Shown piece by piece: positions 28,768 through 40,357 of a DNA stretch of 64,000 nucleotides. The position numbers and the translations under genes were made by a program. The notes under the pieces were generated by a model. That model was not told the DNA's origin, did not search any database, and saw only the letters and a program-made list of their open reading frames with translations. This stretch comes from Alphaproteobacteria bacterium. Its GTDB lineage: Bacteria > Pseudomonadota > Alphaproteobacteria > Rs-D84 > CACZYB01. Numbering within the stretch: position 1 is the first letter of the stretch; the number at the start of each line of letters is the position of its first letter. Where the stretch lies: NCBI GenBank assembly GCA_016297965.1, contig JAEDDP010000003.1, positions 15,789 to 79,788 of the forward strand, given 5' to 3'.

Positions 28768-29253
28768 ATGATTGTGATTGATAAAAATTTTTATCCGAAA
28801 AAAGAAGCATTAAAAAGATGTGAAGATTTTATGAAAAATTCCACAGTTTTCTTTTCCGATGGAAGTTTTACGGCGGGCAAAAATGAAGGTGGGTATGGTT
28901 TTATATCTCTTGGAAAAGTTAATGCAAGGGAAAGTGGTGTGGCCCCCGCAAAAACTCCGGTTGAAATGGAATTACAGGCGATAAAACATACCTTGATATA
29001 TCTAAATTTTAACAAGGACAAAATGGATGATACAAAAATCGTTATTTTCAATGACTGTTTGAATGCAATTTCAAAAATAAAGCAGTATACGAAAAATCCC
29101 AACAAGCCGGAAAGTCTTTTGGATGAAATTTATGTTCTTTTAAAAGCTTTAAGTGATAAAGACTTGCTTATTTGCTGGCTTAAAAAAGAAAGTTTGAAAT
29201 ATCACGAACAAGTAGACAGCCTTAGCAAGGCGGCAAGAACTGTTGAACGATAA
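28768..29253 (+). CDS. RNase H-like (RNase HI / RT-type RNase H fold) protein.
   Basis: FFSDGS...GGYGF...EMELQA...IFNDC...HEQVD matches the D-E-D-D RNase H pattern. Start at the ATG at 28768 with an AAGGAG RBS. Confidence 0.5.
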   Translation: MIVIDKNFYPKKEALKRCEDFMKNSTVFFSDGSFTAGKNEGGYGFISLGKVNARESGVAPAKTPVEMELQAIKHTLIYLNFNKDKMDDTKIVIFNDCLNAISKIKQYTKNPNKPESLLDEIYVLLKALSDKDLLICWLKKESLKYHEQVDSLSKAARTVER

Positions 29254-29274
29254 ATAAAAAATTTGGAAATTTAA

Positions 29275-29300
29275 AAAGGGGGTGTTTGCCCCCTTTCCTT
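29275..29300. terminator. Bidirectional terminator (aaaggggg-tgtttg-ccccctttt) between the RNase H-like gene and infB.
   Basis: 8-bp stem followed by a T-rich tract. Confidence 0.55.
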
Positions 29301-31790
29301 TTAAAGTGTTGCCTTTACCTCTTCGGTTTCATAGCATTCAAGCCTGTCGCCTGGAAGTATGTTATTAAAGTTTTCAAATGAAATACCACATTCCATTCCG
29401 GAACGAACTTCCTTTACATCTTCCTTCATACGTTTAAGTTGAGCAAGCTTTCCTTCAAAGATAACAACGTTATCACGAAGCATACGAACGCCACAACCCT
29501 TTTTAACGATACCTTCGGTTACCTTACATCCGGCAGCCTTTGCCTTTCCAGCATTAAATACTTGAAGAACATCGGCATAACCAATAAAGGTTTCCTTTAT
29601 TACAGGGGCAAGAAGTCCAGACATCAAAACCTTTACATCGTCAATCATATTATAGATAACAGAATAATAACGAAGATCAACTTCATCATGTTTTGCCTGT
29701 TCCTTTGCATTTGTGTTTGCACGAACGTTAAAGCCCAACACAACCGCACCGGTAGTTTTTGCAAGGGTCACATCGGACTCGTTTATCGCACCAACACCAG
29801 AATGCATAACCTGTACGTGAACCTTATCTGATTTTATTTTTAATAGGGAATCAGATATGGCTTCGGCTGAACCTTGGGTATCCGCCTTAATAATAACAGG
29901 TAGGGTTTCGGCTTTACCTTCCTTAATATTTTGGAAAATTTCCTGCCAATTTGATTTTTTCGCAACCATCTGGCGTTCCTTTTCCTTACGTTGTCTGTAT
30001 TCGGCAACTTCACGAGCCTTTGCCTCAGATTCAACAACAACGAAATCATCGCCGGCAACAGGAGTTCCTTCAAATCCAAGGACAACTACTGGTTGGGATG
30101 GAACGGCAGATTGAACCTTTTTTCCAAATTCATCAAGCAATTCACGAACCTTTCCAACGGATGAACCGGATACGAAAATATCTCCTTTTTTCAATATACC
30201 CTTTTGTACGAGAACTGTGGCTGTGGAACCACGACCTTGTTCCATTTTTGCCTCAATTACGGCACCGGTTGCATGACCTGCAATATTACCCTTTAATTCA
30301 AGCATATCGGCTTGGAGAAGTAAAAGTTCCTCCAACTTATCAAGATTAAGTTTCTTTTTGGCGGAAATTTCAACATCAAGAATGTCACCACCAAGTTTTT
30401 CAACAACCAATCCCTGTTGCAATAATTCCATACGAACCTTTTCAGGGTTTGCCTCAGGTAAATCAATTTTGTTAATCGCAACAATCATTGGAACCTTGGC
30501 TGCCTTTGCATGGTTGATAGCCTCTATTGTTTGAGGCATAATACCATCGTTTGCCGCAACAACAAGGATGACAATATCGGTAACATTAACACCACGGGCC
30601 CGCATAGCAGAGAAAGCTTCGTGTCCTGGGGTATCAATGAATGTAATCTTACGTCCCGATTTGTTTGTGATTTGATACGCACCAATATGTTGTGTAATAC
30701 CACCGGCTTCACCACTTACGACATCAGTTTTACGGAACGCATCAAGAAGTGAAGTTTTACCATGGTCAACATGTCCCATAACAGTTACAACAGGTGGGCG
30801 TGGTTGCCAGATTTCTTCAACTGAATTATCTTCCAAAATAGAAGTTACTGTATCGGCATCGGAAACACGTTTTACGGTATGACCAAATTCCATAACAATA
30901 AGTTCGGCAGTATCGGCATCAATTACTTGATTGATTGTAGCCATAATACCAAGCTTCATCATTGTTTTGATAACATCACTGCTTTTTTCGGCCATACGGA
31001 TTGCCAATTCCTTTACGGTAATGGTTTCAGGAAGAATAACTTCGTGATAAGTTTTTTGAACTTCCTTTGGTTCTTGATGTTCCATAAACTTACGATAATT
31101 TTTTTCCTTTTGACGTTTGATTGAGGCAAAAGAACGGCGATGTTGACGAGCGCCCACGAAATCCATTGCGGATGTAAGGGATGCAGAACGTTCTTCTTGG
31201 TCGTCATCACCATCATCATAATCAAGATCACTGCTTGAAACAACGACATTAGAGAAATTTATTTTTCGGTTATCACGATTTGCAAATTTCTTTTTTGTTT
31301 TATCGGATGGGGATGGTTTACCCTTTTTATTTGAAGAAGTATTTTCGTCTTCTTCATCATCTTCGTAAACATCCTTATTCTTTTTATATTTTTTATTTTC
31401 CTGTTCTTCCGCAGGTTTTGGAGCCTCAGGTGCCTGAGTTTCAACAGTTTCACGAGTGGATACTTCCTGTTGTTTTTGTTTTTCAAGTTCGGCTTCGGCC
31501 TCTAATCTTTCTTTTTCAATCAATGCTTGACGTTCGCGTTCGGCTTCGGCCTGTTTTTCGGCTTCGGCCTTTGATTGTGCTTCAAGCTTTTTTGCATTTT
31601 CAAGGATACTTTTCAATTTATCTGTTTGCGCCGTATTTTGTTTTGATACGGTCGCAGAGGCAGATGAATTATCCGAAGAGGTATTTCCAGAAGAAAATAC
31701 ACGTCTTTTCTTTATCACTTCAACTTCAATACCACTTTTTGAAGATGAGGCAACCTTTGTTCCCAACTTTAATGTTAATTTTTCACCCAT
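29301..31790 (-). CDS. infB: Translation initiation factor IF-2.
   Basis: GTPase motifs ([18 protein letters not shown]), a Lys/Glu/Ala-rich N-terminal repeat region, and the IF2 C-terminal domains. Confidence 0.9.
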   Translation of the reverse strand: MGEKLTLKLGTKVASSSKSGIEVEVIKKRRVFSSGNTSSDNSSASATVSKQNTAQTDKLKSILENAKKLEAQSKAEAEKQAEAERERQALIEKERLEAEAELEKQKQQEVSTRETVETQAPEAPKPAEEQENKKYKKNKDVYEDDEEDENTSSNKKGKPSPSDKTKKKFANRDNRKINFSNVVVSSSDLDYDDGDDDQEERSASLTSAMDFVGARQHRRSFASIKRQKEKNYRKFMEHQEPKEVQKTYHEVILPETITVKELAIRMAEKSSDVIKTMMKLGIMATINQVIDADTAELIVMEFGHTVKRVSDADTVTSILEDNSVEEIWQPRPPVVTVMGHVDHGKTSLLDAFRKTDVVSGEAGGITQHIGAYQITNKSGRKITFIDTPGHEAFSAMRARGVNVTDIVILVVAANDGIMPQTIEAINHAKAAKVPMIVAINKIDLPEANPEKVRMELLQQGLVVEKLGGDILDVEISAKKKLNLDKLEELLLLQADMLELKGNIAGHATGAVIEAKMEQGRGSTATVLVQKGILKKGDIFVSGSSVGKVRELLDEFGKKVQSAVPSQPVVVLGFEGTPVAGDDFVVVESEAKAREVAEYRQRKEKERQMVAKKSNWQEIFQNIKEGKAETLPVIIKADTQGSAEAISDSLLKIKSDKVHVQVMHSGVGAINESDVTLAKTTGAVVLGFNVRANTNAKEQAKHDEVDLRYYSVIYNMIDDVKVLMSGLLAPVIKETFIGYADVLQVFNAGKAKAAGCKVTEGIVKKGCGVRMLRDNVVIFEGKLAQLKRMKEDVKEVRSGMECGISFENFNNILPGDRLECYETEEVKATL

Positions 31791-31823
31791 AAAAATACCT
31801 CTTTTTATTAGTGTTAATTCCTA

Positions 31824-33362
31824 TTATTTTTCAAACCAATGTGAACGAGCAGACATAATAATCTTTTCTGCATCCTTTTCATTTATAACATTGGAGCCAA
31901 GCATTTCAACAAGTTCATCGGATGCAAGGTCAGCCAAATCATCCAAAGTTTTTACACCCTTTTCACCAAGTGTTAAAATCATATCTGGGGTTAAACCTTC
32001 AAATGATTTCAATGAATTGTCAATACCAAGCTTTTCTGAATCTGTTGCAAATTGTGCCTTTTCTTTTTCAACGTATGCCTTTGCACGATTTTGAAGTTCG
32101 GTTGCAACTTCGGCATCAAAACCTTCAATAGATGTAAGTTCTTCCATAGGAACAAGTGCAATTTCTTCTACGGTTGAAAAACCTTCTACTACAAGCAAGT
32201 GTGCGATAACGTCATCAATATCCAATGCGGAAATAAATTTATCGGTTCTTTCCTTTATATCCTTTTGACGTTTTTCGGATGATTGATCTTCACTCATCAC
32301 ATCAATACCCCAACCAAGAAGTTGTGATGCAAGACGAACGTTTTGACCATGACGACCAATTGCAAGTGAAAGTTGATCATCTTCTACAATGGCATCAATC
32401 TTCTTTGCTTCTTCATCAACAATAACCTTTACAACCTTAGCAGGAGACAAAGCATCAACCGCCAATTTTGCAACGTTTTCGGTCCATTCAATAACATCAA
32501 TTTTTTCGCCGGCAAGTTCGTTTACGATATTTTGAATACGGCTTCCCTTCATACCAACACATGCTCCAACTGGGTCAATAGATGCATCGGATGTTGAAAC
32601 GGCAACCTTTGCACGGGAACCAGGATCGCGAGCAACAGATTTAACAACGATAACACCTTCGTAAACTTCTGGGATTTCAGCTTCAAAAAGTTTTGCCAAA
32701 AATTGTGGATGTGAACGGGTTAAAAAGATTTGTGGTCCGTTGTTATCACGTTTTACATCAAGAATAAGCGCACGAATTCTGTCGCCAACGTGAAGATTTT
32801 CACGAGGAATCCCTTCGTTTCTTTTGATGATACCTTCGGCCTTTCCGTTAATATCAACGTAAACTGTACCGTATTCGGAACGTTTAACAACACCGTTTAC
32901 AATAGTTTGGGCCTTGTCCGCAAATTCGGCATATTCTTTTTCCTTCTCCGCAGATTTGATTTTTTGCAAAACAATTTGACGAACAGATTGGAAATTTGAA
33001 CGACCAAAATCAACTGGAAGTAATTCTTCATCAATATGTGAACCGATTTCCAATGTTGCATCCTTTTTCTTTGCATCGGCAAGGGAAATCATTGTATCTG
33101 GATTAAATTCAATTTCTTCGCCGTTTTCGTCGGTAATTTTATCACCAACAACAGTTAATCTTTTGAAAATTGTAATTCTTCCATCCTTACGGTCAATGTT
33201 TGCAACGATGTCGTAGTCATAACCGTATTTGTTTCTTGCAACCTTTTCAACGGCAGCTTCCAAAGCCTTGAAAACAATTTCAGTATCAATATTTTTTTCC
33301 AAACTTACACTGTTTGCGATTGCAACTAGTTCTGGTCTTGGTAAAGATAATGCTTCGTACAT
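31824..33362 (-). CDS. nusA: Transcription termination/antitermination factor NusA.
   Basis: S1 and KH domains plus C-terminal acidic repeats. Lies upstream of infB. Confidence 0.9.
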   Translation of the reverse strand: MYEALSLPRPELVAIANSVSLEKNIDTEIVFKALEAAVEKVARNKYGYDYDIVANIDRKDGRITIFKRLTVVGDKITDENGEEIEFNPDTMISLADAKKKDATLEIGSHIDEELLPVDFGRSNFQSVRQIVLQKIKSAEKEKEYAEFADKAQTIVNGVVKRSEYGTVYVDINGKAEGIIKRNEGIPRENLHVGDRIRALILDVKRDNNGPQIFLTRSHPQFLAKLFEAEIPEVYEGVIVVKSVARDPGSRAKVAVSTSDASIDPVGACVGMKGSRIQNIVNELAGEKIDVIEWTENVAKLAVDALSPAKVVKVIVDEEAKKIDAIVEDDQLSLAIGRHGQNVRLASQLLGWGIDVMSEDQSSEKRQKDIKERTDKFISALDIDDVIAHLLVVEGFSTVEEIALVPMEELTSIEGFDAEVATELQNRAKAYVEKEKAQFATDSEKLGIDNSLKSFEGLTPDMILTLGEKGVKTLDDLADLASDELVEMLGSNVINEKDAEKIIMSARSHWFEK

Positions 33363-33364
33363 TT

Positions 33365-33880
33365 TTACTTTTTCCTTTCTTGTTTATCTTTCTTTAAAAT
33401 TTCACGGATTAAATCATCGTCAACCAAAAGTTTACATTTTAAAATGTTATCAAACTTTAAATCAACGGTTTGTAATTTTTTATCAAGGGTTGTTTCAAGA
33501 TTTATGGTCGTACCATCAACGGATAAAATTTTACCCTTTAAACGCTTTCTTGTATCCTCAGCCGACCTTGGCATTTTAAGTTCAAGTTTCACATTTCGTC
33601 CGGTAAAGTGTTTGTAATCATCAAGTTTTACAAGTGGACGGTCCATACCGGCAGAACTTACCTCCAACATATACTTGTCCTTAATAATGTCTTCAACATC
33701 AAGGATTGTTGAAAAAGCCTTGCTTACCTTTTCACATTCATCAATTGAAATTGGGGATAAATCCAATTTTTCAACCAATATCTGTAAAACCTGATGTGCA
33801 TAGGAAACCTGTACAATATTAAGTCCGTATTCGGATGCAGTCGGTTCAAGTATTTGTTCTATTTTTTCAGTTATTATCAT
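33365..33880 (-). CDS. rimP: Ribosome maturation factor RimP.
   Basis: Size and position immediately upstream of nusA; RimP-like sequence. Confidence 0.75.
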   Translation of the reverse strand: MIITEKIEQILEPTASEYGLNIVQVSYAHQVLQILVEKLDLSPISIDECEKVSKAFSTILDVEDIIKDKYMLEVSSAGMDRPLVKLDDYKHFTGRNVKLELKMPRSAEDTRKRLKGKILSVDGTTINLETTLDKKLQTVDLKFDNILKCKLLVDDDLIREILKKDKQERKK

Positions 33881-34031
33881 ATATTTTTCCCTTTTCTATT
33901 AAAAAAGTGGGGCTTTTTAAGGCTCCCACTCTTTTGATTTCCAAGAATGTATAGTTATATTAAACATTTTCCTTTTAAAATGCAAGAAAAAAATGTATAA
34001 TTACACATATTTAATAAGAAAGGAGCATATT

Positions 34032-34637
34032 ATGAATGAAATGATGGATTTGGTTCCTATGGTTGTTGAACAAACAGGTCGTGGTGAACGTAGTTATGAT
34101 ATATATTCACGACTTTTGAAGGAACGTATCATTTTTTTAAGTGGTGAGGTTAATGATGTTTCATCAAGCCTTATCGTTGCACAACTTTTATTTTTGGAAT
34201 CGGAAAATCCAGATAAGGACATTTATATGTATATAAATTCACCGGGGGGTGTTATTACATCCGGAATGGCAATTTATGATACAATGCAATATATAAAACC
34301 GGATGTTGCAACACTTTGTATAGGTCAGGCTTGCTCTATGGGTTCATTCCTGCTTGCCGCAGGAGCAAAGGGCAAAAGATTTTCCCTTCCGAATTCAAGG
34401 ATTATGATACACCAACCACTTGGCGGATTTCAAGGACAGGCAACAGATATTGAAATACATGCCCGCGAAATACTTAATATCCGTAAAAGAATGAATACTC
34501 TTTACAGTCAACATTGCGGAAGAAGTATTCAAGAGGTAGAACAGGCAGTTGAACGTGATAATTTTATGAGTGCCGAAGAAGCAATGAGATTTGGCTTAAT
34601 TGATAAAGTTATTACGGACAGAAACGAAATAAAGTAA
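34032..34637 (+). CDS. clpP: ATP-dependent Clp protease proteolytic subunit.
   Basis: Catalytic context [14 protein letters not shown] (Ser), IMIHQPLGG (His) and ...D. Start at the ATG at 34032 with an AGGAG RBS. Confidence 0.9.
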   Translation: MNEMMDLVPMVVEQTGRGERSYDIYSRLLKERIIFLSGEVNDVSSSLIVAQLLFLESENPDKDIYMYINSPGGVITSGMAIYDTMQYIKPDVATLCIGQACSMGSFLLAAGAKGKRFSLPNSRIMIHQPLGGFQGQATDIEIHAREILNIRKRMNTLYSQHCGRSIQEVEQAVERDNFMSAEEAMRFGLIDKVITDRNEIK

Positions 34638-34659
34638 AGTTTAGGTAAAAACAAAAATA

Positions 34660-34690
34660 CCCCCCGAAAAATGGGGGCTTTATTTTATCT
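34660..34690 (+). terminator. Rho-independent terminator after clpP (cccccc-gaaaaat-ggggg + U-rich).
   Basis: 5-6-bp GC stem followed by ctttatttta. Confidence 0.5.
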
Positions 34691-34915
34691 TGATTTTTGT
34701 TTGATAAGCATATCTATATTTTTAATTCTGTTTTTGTAATCTTCTATAATACTTTTAACACCGGATGTATCATATTCATCATTTATATCGGTTACAAACT
34801 TTAAATAGGATTCATTTAAAGTAAGATCATATTCCAATCTTTTCTTTCTTTTTTCCAATGTTTCAACACTGCTCATTTTATCAACTATTTTAAATATATT
34901 CATTTTAGACCTCAC
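34685..34915 (-). CDS. Small coiled-coil hypothetical protein (76 aa).
   Basis: ORF track only; charged helical sequence. Confidence 0.3.
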   Translation of the reverse strand: MRSKMNIFKIVDKMSSVETLEKRKKRLEYDLTLNESYLKFVTDINDEYDTSGVKSIIEDYKNRIKNIDMLIKQKSR

Positions 34916-34970
34916 TAAGTTAAAAAAATTCAGGAAAATATAGCACGTTATTTTTAATAGTCAATAACTA

Positions 34971-36063
34971 TTATTTTGTACTGTTGTATAGCAATGTTGC
35001 CGAAAGGAAACCGTCAATATCCCCGTCAAGGGTGGCTTCTATATTAGAAGTTTCATAGTTGGTTCGTAAATCCTTTATCATTTGATATGGTTGCAAAACA
35101 TAGGAACGAATTTGTGAACCCCAACCATTTTCAGCCTTTGATGCATTGATTTTTGCTTCCTCCTCCGCCCTTTTTTCCAATTCCAAATTGTAAAGGCGAG
35201 ATTTAAGCATATTCATTGCGACATCCTTATTTTTAAACTGGGAACGTTCATTTTGGCATTGAACCACAATTCCGGTTGGAATGTGGGTGATACGAACGGC
35301 ACTGTCGGTTTTGTTGACATGTTGTCCGCCGGCGCCACTTGAACGATAGGTATCAATACGCAAATCCTTTTCATCAATGTGTATTTCAATTTTGTCGTCA
35401 ACAACTGGATAAACCCACACAGAAGCAAAACTTGTATGACGACGGGCATTTGAATCAAATGGTGAAATACGGACAAGACGATGTATGCCACTTTCACCTT
35501 TAAGCCAGCCATAAACATCCACACCAGTTATTTGGAGTGTGGCGGATTTTATACCGGCTTCATCGCCTGCGTGTTCCTCAATCAAATCAACCTTAGCCTC
35601 ATGTTTTTCACCCCAGCGGATATACATACGAAGAAGCATTTGCGCCCAATCGCATGCCTCGGTTCCACCGGCACCACTGTGAATTTCAATATAGGCGGGA
35701 AGACTGTCTGCTTCTCCATTTAACATAAGTGAAAGGCGAATTTGTTCCAATGATGCCTCAAACTCATCTATTTGTTTTTCGGTATCGGAAACAAGTTCGG
35801 TATCATTTTCGGATTTTGCAAGGTCCAACATATCCTTTAAATCATTAAATTCCCTTGATTTATCAGAATATAAATTAATTTTTCCCTCCACCGCCGATTT
35901 TTCGGACAATATTTGTTGCGCAGTGGTTGGATTATCCCAAAGGTTCGGGGCGGATGCACGGGAATTTAACTCATTTAATTTTGAAGTAAGAGCTGGGATG
36001 TCAAAGACACCCCCTGATTTCGGATAAAAGTTCCTCTATTTTAGAAAAAGTATTCGGTCCCAT
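34971..36063 (-). CDS. prfB: Peptide chain release factor 2, with a programmed +1 ribosomal frameshift (frame 0 from ATG 36063 to the UGA at 36003..36001; +1 frame on to the stop at 34971).
   Basis: Upstream frame reads MGPNTFSKIEELLSEIRGCL then TGA. The sequence AGG GGG TGT CTT TGA C is the canonical SD-like / CUU UGA C shift site. The downstream frame is full RF2, with the SPF and GGQ motifs and the RF2-type context. Confidence 0.85.
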
Positions 36064-37535
36064 TATTCAACTACCTTTGCACAACCCCTTACATAACTTT
36101 GAAGAGATTTATTTAATTGTATTTCACGGGATGAAAGCTTTGACAAATTACCATCTTCATCCATTACCAAAACCTGACATACGTTATCTTGTTGTTTAAT
36201 AACGAATGTATCACCATCTGAAAGGTTGCTTATCACAGTATACAATCCGGTATCGGTTGAACCAACACGACCACCAAGTCCGGTAATGATTGCAATATCA
36301 ATATCATCCTGTGTTTCATCGGTTCCAATATCGCCAGAATCAATAATATTCAAAAGTCGCGCACGGGCAGAATTGATGCTTTTTATCCCTTCAATAACAT
36401 AAACATTTGAAATATTATCCACATCCTTCAAATGGGTATTTGTACCATTATCCAAAAGATATTTTTTATCGTGTATGCTTTTCTTTTTTCTTTCCTTGTA
36501 CTGATGTTCATCAACCCAGCCCAAATCATCATAATATTTAAGATGTATACCAACCTCACCCTTATCTTTTTCCGCATTGTTCGGAATTATTGAAGGAATA
36601 ACATTTTTGGATGTACGATGACCAAGATTTGATGCAGCGGATTTAACAAAGCTTTCCTTTGCCGTAGAAAGAAGATTTCCGCGTTTGTCCTCAGTAAACT
36701 CATTAAGTTCAAGCATTTCATAGGTTTCTTCACCACAGGCCTGTCTTGCCTCATATATATAGCCAGCAAGCACTGCTTCAACTGCATTTCTCCAATTTTC
36801 AGATTTATTTGTGAATTGAAGTGTTGAATAGTTTTCAAGAAGTTTTGGAATATTGGCAAGTCCCAAATCCCCCGCCTTTGCAAATTTTGATGCAACATCA
36901 GGCTGTTCACCACAAGTTTGTGTCATTAAATTTGTAAATTCAAAGAAATTTCCATCGTGTGCAATTGCCGCCGCATAACATTTTTTGGCTGCCTTTAACC
37001 TGTTATTTGCAACGACACACTCACTTGACCCCTTAACAGCGGATGTTTCAACGGTATTTTTTGCACCCAACCATTTATCAAGGGCGTATCCCTTATATGC
37101 ATCACATTTTTTCTTGTATGCACTAAATTCATTTGCACCAACAACGGCAGAAAGTTGCATATCCATAATATCATAGTAATCCGCCATTGTTTTATCACTG
37201 CAATCAGAATATGCACCACCGGATTGAACCTTATTTACATTATAACATTCACGGTCAAGTCCAAGCATATATTTTGTTGCACAATCTTCCTTTATATATT
37301 CGGCGGATTGGGTCGTTGAAGATGTAGTTGTGGTGGAAGTACGTGATCTTTTTGATGAATTACCACGGGAACTTGATGCACGAGTAGCAGTTGTTGTTTG
37401 TGCGGATGAAACCCTGTTGGAGGAAGCCTTTCGTTCTGCCTCCTGTGAATAGGCATCACCAGACAACAAAATACCGCCAATCATAAAAGAAAGTGGTGTA
37501 AATCCAACAATTAAGGACCTTTTAGATATTTTCAT
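36063..37535 (-). CDS. Secreted Ser/Thr-rich, Cys-containing hypothetical protein; paralog-like to 14004..14996.
   Basis: Signal peptide from M at 37535 (MKISKRSLIVGFTPLSFMIGGILLSG). A Ser/Thr/Arg-rich stretch, then a Cys-containing domain including a DKTM block shared with the 14004 product. Its stop overlaps the prfB ATG (TAATG). Confidence 0.5.
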   Translation of the reverse strand: MKISKRSLIVGFTPLSFMIGGILLSGDAYSQEAERKASSNRVSSAQTTTATRASSSRGNSSKRSRTSTTTTSSTTQSAEYIKEDCATKYMLGLDRECYNVNKVQSGGAYSDCSDKTMADYYDIMDMQLSAVVGANEFSAYKKKCDAYKGYALDKWLGAKNTVETSAVKGSSECVVANNRLKAAKKCYAAAIAHDGNFFEFTNLMTQTCGEQPDVASKFAKAGDLGLANIPKLLENYSTLQFTNKSENWRNAVEAVLAGYIYEARQACGEETYEMLELNEFTEDKRGNLLSTAKESFVKSAASNLGHRTSKNVIPSIIPNNAEKDKGEVGIHLKYYDDLGWVDEHQYKERKKKSIHDKKYLLDNGTNTHLKDVDNISNVYVIEGIKSINSARARLLNIIDSGDIGTDETQDDIDIAIITGLGGRVGSTDTGLYTVISNLSDGDTFVIKQQDNVCQVLVMDEDGNLSKLSSREIQLNKSLQSYVRGCAKVVE

Positions 37536-37715
37536 TAAACTTCTCCTTCTACCCTCCATTTGTTTTTGATTTTACACTTTTTTTAGCCTGTTTTCAAGAT
37601 GTAATTTATTTTTAACATTATTTTTATTTTTTTGATGACTTTTTGAATGGAAGAGTCTTATAATGATGGGATATTTTTAGTAAAGAAATATTGATAAAAA
37701 TAAAGGCGTATAAAA

Positions 37716-40349
37716 ATGAAACTTAATGAAATCAGAAAGACCTATACCGGATTTTTTGAAAGTAAGGGTCACAAACTTGTAAAATCAAGTTCTCTTGTTC
37801 CACAAAATGATCCAACCCTACTTTTCACAAATGCGGGAATGAATCAGTTTAAGGATGTATTTACCGGAAAGGAAAAACGTGATTACACACGTGCAACAAC
37901 TGCACAAAAGTGTGTTCGTGCCGGTGGAAAGCATAATGATTTGGATAATGTTGGTTATACAACAAGACACCATACATTTTTTGAAATGCTTGGCAACTTT
38001 TCTTTTGGTGATTATTTTAAGGAACAGGCAATCACTTTTGCGTGGGAATTTTTATCAAAAGTTTTAAAGCTTGAAAAAGACAGACTTTATTTTACCGTTT
38101 ACCCAGAAGATCACGAAGCAAGGGAGCTTTGGAAAAAAATCGCCATGGTTGGTGATGACCGTGTTCTTGACATAAAAGATAATATATGGGCGATGGGTGA
38201 TGTTGGTCCATGTGGTTTTGATACGGAAATGTTTTATGATAAGGGACCACAAGTTGCCGGTGGACTTCCAGGAACTCCAGATGAAGATGGGGACAGATAC
38301 ATTGAAATTTGGAACAATGTGTTTATGCAATATGAAACCCTTCCAACCGGTGAAAAAATTGAACTTAAAAACAAAAACATTGATACCGGAATGGGACTTG
38401 AAAGAATTGCATCTGTTCTTCAAGGGGTTGATGATAACTTTGATATTGATTTATTTAAAAATTTAATTGCATACGAAGAAGAAATCCTTGGCGTTAAAAA
38501 GACACCGGAAAACACCGCTTCATTTAAGGTTATTGCAGATCACGTTCGTGCTTGTTCCTTCCTTATTGCCGATGGTGTTCTTCCATCAAATGAAGGTAGA
38601 GGTTATGTTCTTCGTCGTATTATGCGTAGGGCTTTGCGTCATATAAATATGCTTGGGGTAAAGGAACCTGTACTTTACAAGATTACCGAAAATGTTAAGG
38701 AGCAAATGGGGGATGTTTATCCAGAAATTGTTGAAGCAGATGCCCTTATTAAACAAACAATTAAAACAGAAGAAGAAAACTTTGGTCAAACACTTGATGC
38801 CGGACTTAAAATTTTGGAAGATGAAATTTCAAAGACAAGTGGTAAGGTTTTAAGTGGTGAAAGTGCATTTAAGCTTTATGATACTTATGGTTTCCCTCTT
38901 GATTTAACAGCAGATATTTTAAGAAACAAAAATATGACTGTGGATACAGAAGGTTTTGATAAGGCGATGGCAGAACAACGTGAAAAATCCAAAAAGGCAT
39001 CCAATTTTAAGGGAGAAGCCGGAAATAAAAAAGTTTGGTATGATGTAAAGGAAAAAGTTGGAACAACTGAATTTGTTGGATACAACAAACTTTCATCAGA
39101 TGCAACGGTGAAGGCAGTTGTTAAAAATGGGGCCATTGTTCAAGATGCCACAATGGAAGATGGCGATGAAATTTTTGTTATTGTTGACCGGTCTCCTTTC
39201 TATGCGGAATGTGGTGGTCAGATATCCGATAAGGGTACAATTGAAAAGAACGGAAAAGTATATAACGTTTCCGATGTAAAAAAGGCCGTTGACAATGTTT
39301 ATTTCCATAAAATAGACCTTAACCTTGGGGACAGTATAAAGTCCGGTGATAAAATAAAGATGGTTGTTGATGCGGATGCAAGAAAGCGTATTATGGCAAA
39401 CCATTCTGGCGCTCACCTTCTTCAAAAGGCATTAAAAGTTGTTGTTGGTGATAATGTTTCACAAAAGGGTTCATGGGTTGGATTTGACAGTTTCAGATTT
39501 GATTTTGCGAATCCAAAGGCATTAACCGGCGAACAAATAAAAGAAGTTGAAAAGCTTGTAAACAAATACATTACCGAACACATTGAAATATCAAAGAAAG
39601 AAATGCCAATTGAAGAGGCAAAAGCAACTGGTGCTATTGCTTTGTTTGGTGAAAAATATGGTGATGTTGTTCGTGTTATTGATATGGGCGGAGTTTCAAT
39701 TGAACTTTGCGGTGGAACACATTGTGATAATACATCAGAAATTGGTTTCTTTAAGATATTAAAGGAGGAGTCGGTTGCTGCGGGTATTCGTCGTATTGAA
39801 GCAATTACCTTGTTTGATGCATGGGATTTGGCAAAGAAATATGGACTTGATACAACAAAGTCCCCAGATGTTTTAATTTGCGAACTTCAAGACAAACTTC
39901 AAGCGGAAAAAATGAAGGAACAAGACAGACTTGCCCAAGAATTTGAAGAAAAAAGACGTCAAGAAGTTGAAGAACAAAATCGTCAAATTGAAAAGGCAGT
40001 GAATGGTGTAAAAACAGTAAAGGTTGGAAATATAAACTTTGTTTTTGGCATTTATTCAGATGTGATGGCAAAGAATTTAAAACCAGTTGCGGACAGACTT
40101 CGTGCAAATGCAACAAGTACCGTTATTGCCCTTATTTCAACAGATGGCGGAAAGGTTTCTGTTATTACCGCAGTAAGTGCCGATTTGAAAGAAAAAATTT
40201 CAGCGGTTGACCTTGTAAAACAGGCATCCGAAATACTTGGCGGACACGGTGGTGGTGGACGTCCAGATTTGGCACAGGCCGGTGGTGTTGATGCATCAAA
40301 AATTGATGATGTAATTTCAACATTTACAAAACAACTTGGGGATATATAG
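37716..40349 (+). CDS. alaS: Alanine--tRNA ligase.
   Basis: 877 aa with class II motifs, an editing domain carrying the HxxxH...CGGTH zinc site (HSGAHLL, CGGTHCD), and a C-terminal DHHA1 domain. Confidence 0.9.
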   Translation: MKLNEIRKTYTGFFESKGHKLVKSSSLVPQNDPTLLFTNAGMNQFKDVFTGKEKRDYTRATTAQKCVRAGGKHNDLDNVGYTTRHHTFFEMLGNFSFGDYFKEQAITFAWEFLSKVLKLEKDRLYFTVYPEDHEARELWKKIAMVGDDRVLDIKDNIWAMGDVGPCGFDTEMFYDKGPQVAGGLPGTPDEDGDRYIEIWNNVFMQYETLPTGEKIELKNKNIDTGMGLERIASVLQGVDDNFDIDLFKNLIAYEEEILGVKKTPENTASFKVIADHVRACSFLIADGVLPSNEGRGYVLRRIMRRALRHINMLGVKEPVLYKITENVKEQMGDVYPEIVEADALIKQTIKTEEENFGQTLDAGLKILEDEISKTSGKVLSGESAFKLYDTYGFPLDLTADILRNKNMTVDTEGFDKAMAEQREKSKKASNFKGEAGNKKVWYDVKEKVGTTEFVGYNKLSSDATVKAVVKNGAIVQDATMEDGDEIFVIVDRSPFYAECGGQISDKGTIEKNGKVYNVSDVKKAVDNVYFHKIDLNLGDSIKSGDKIKMVVDADARKRIMANHSGAHLLQKALKVVVGDNVSQKGSWVGFDSFRFDFANPKALTGEQIKEVEKLVNKYITEHIEISKKEMPIEEAKATGAIALFGEKYGDVVRVIDMGGVSIELCGGTHCDNTSEIGFFKILKEESVAAGIRRIEAITLFDAWDLAKKYGLDTTKSPDVLICELQDKLQAEKMKEQDRLAQEFEEKRRQEVEEQNRQIEKAVNGVKTVKVGNINFVFGIYSDVMAKNLKPVADRLRANATSTVIALISTDGGKVSVITAVSADLKEKISAVDLVKQASEILGGHGGGGRPDLAQAGGVDASKIDDVISTFTKQLGDI

Positions 40350-40357
40350 GTGAAAAG

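Noticed and set aside
31280-31792. 170-aa plus-strand ORF, and the short direct repeats cggcttcggcc around 31490-31570
   Set aside because: The ORF is antisense to infB. The DNA repeats simply encode the Ala/Glu/Lys-rich repeats of the IF2 N-terminus. It is not a CRISPR or other repeat element.
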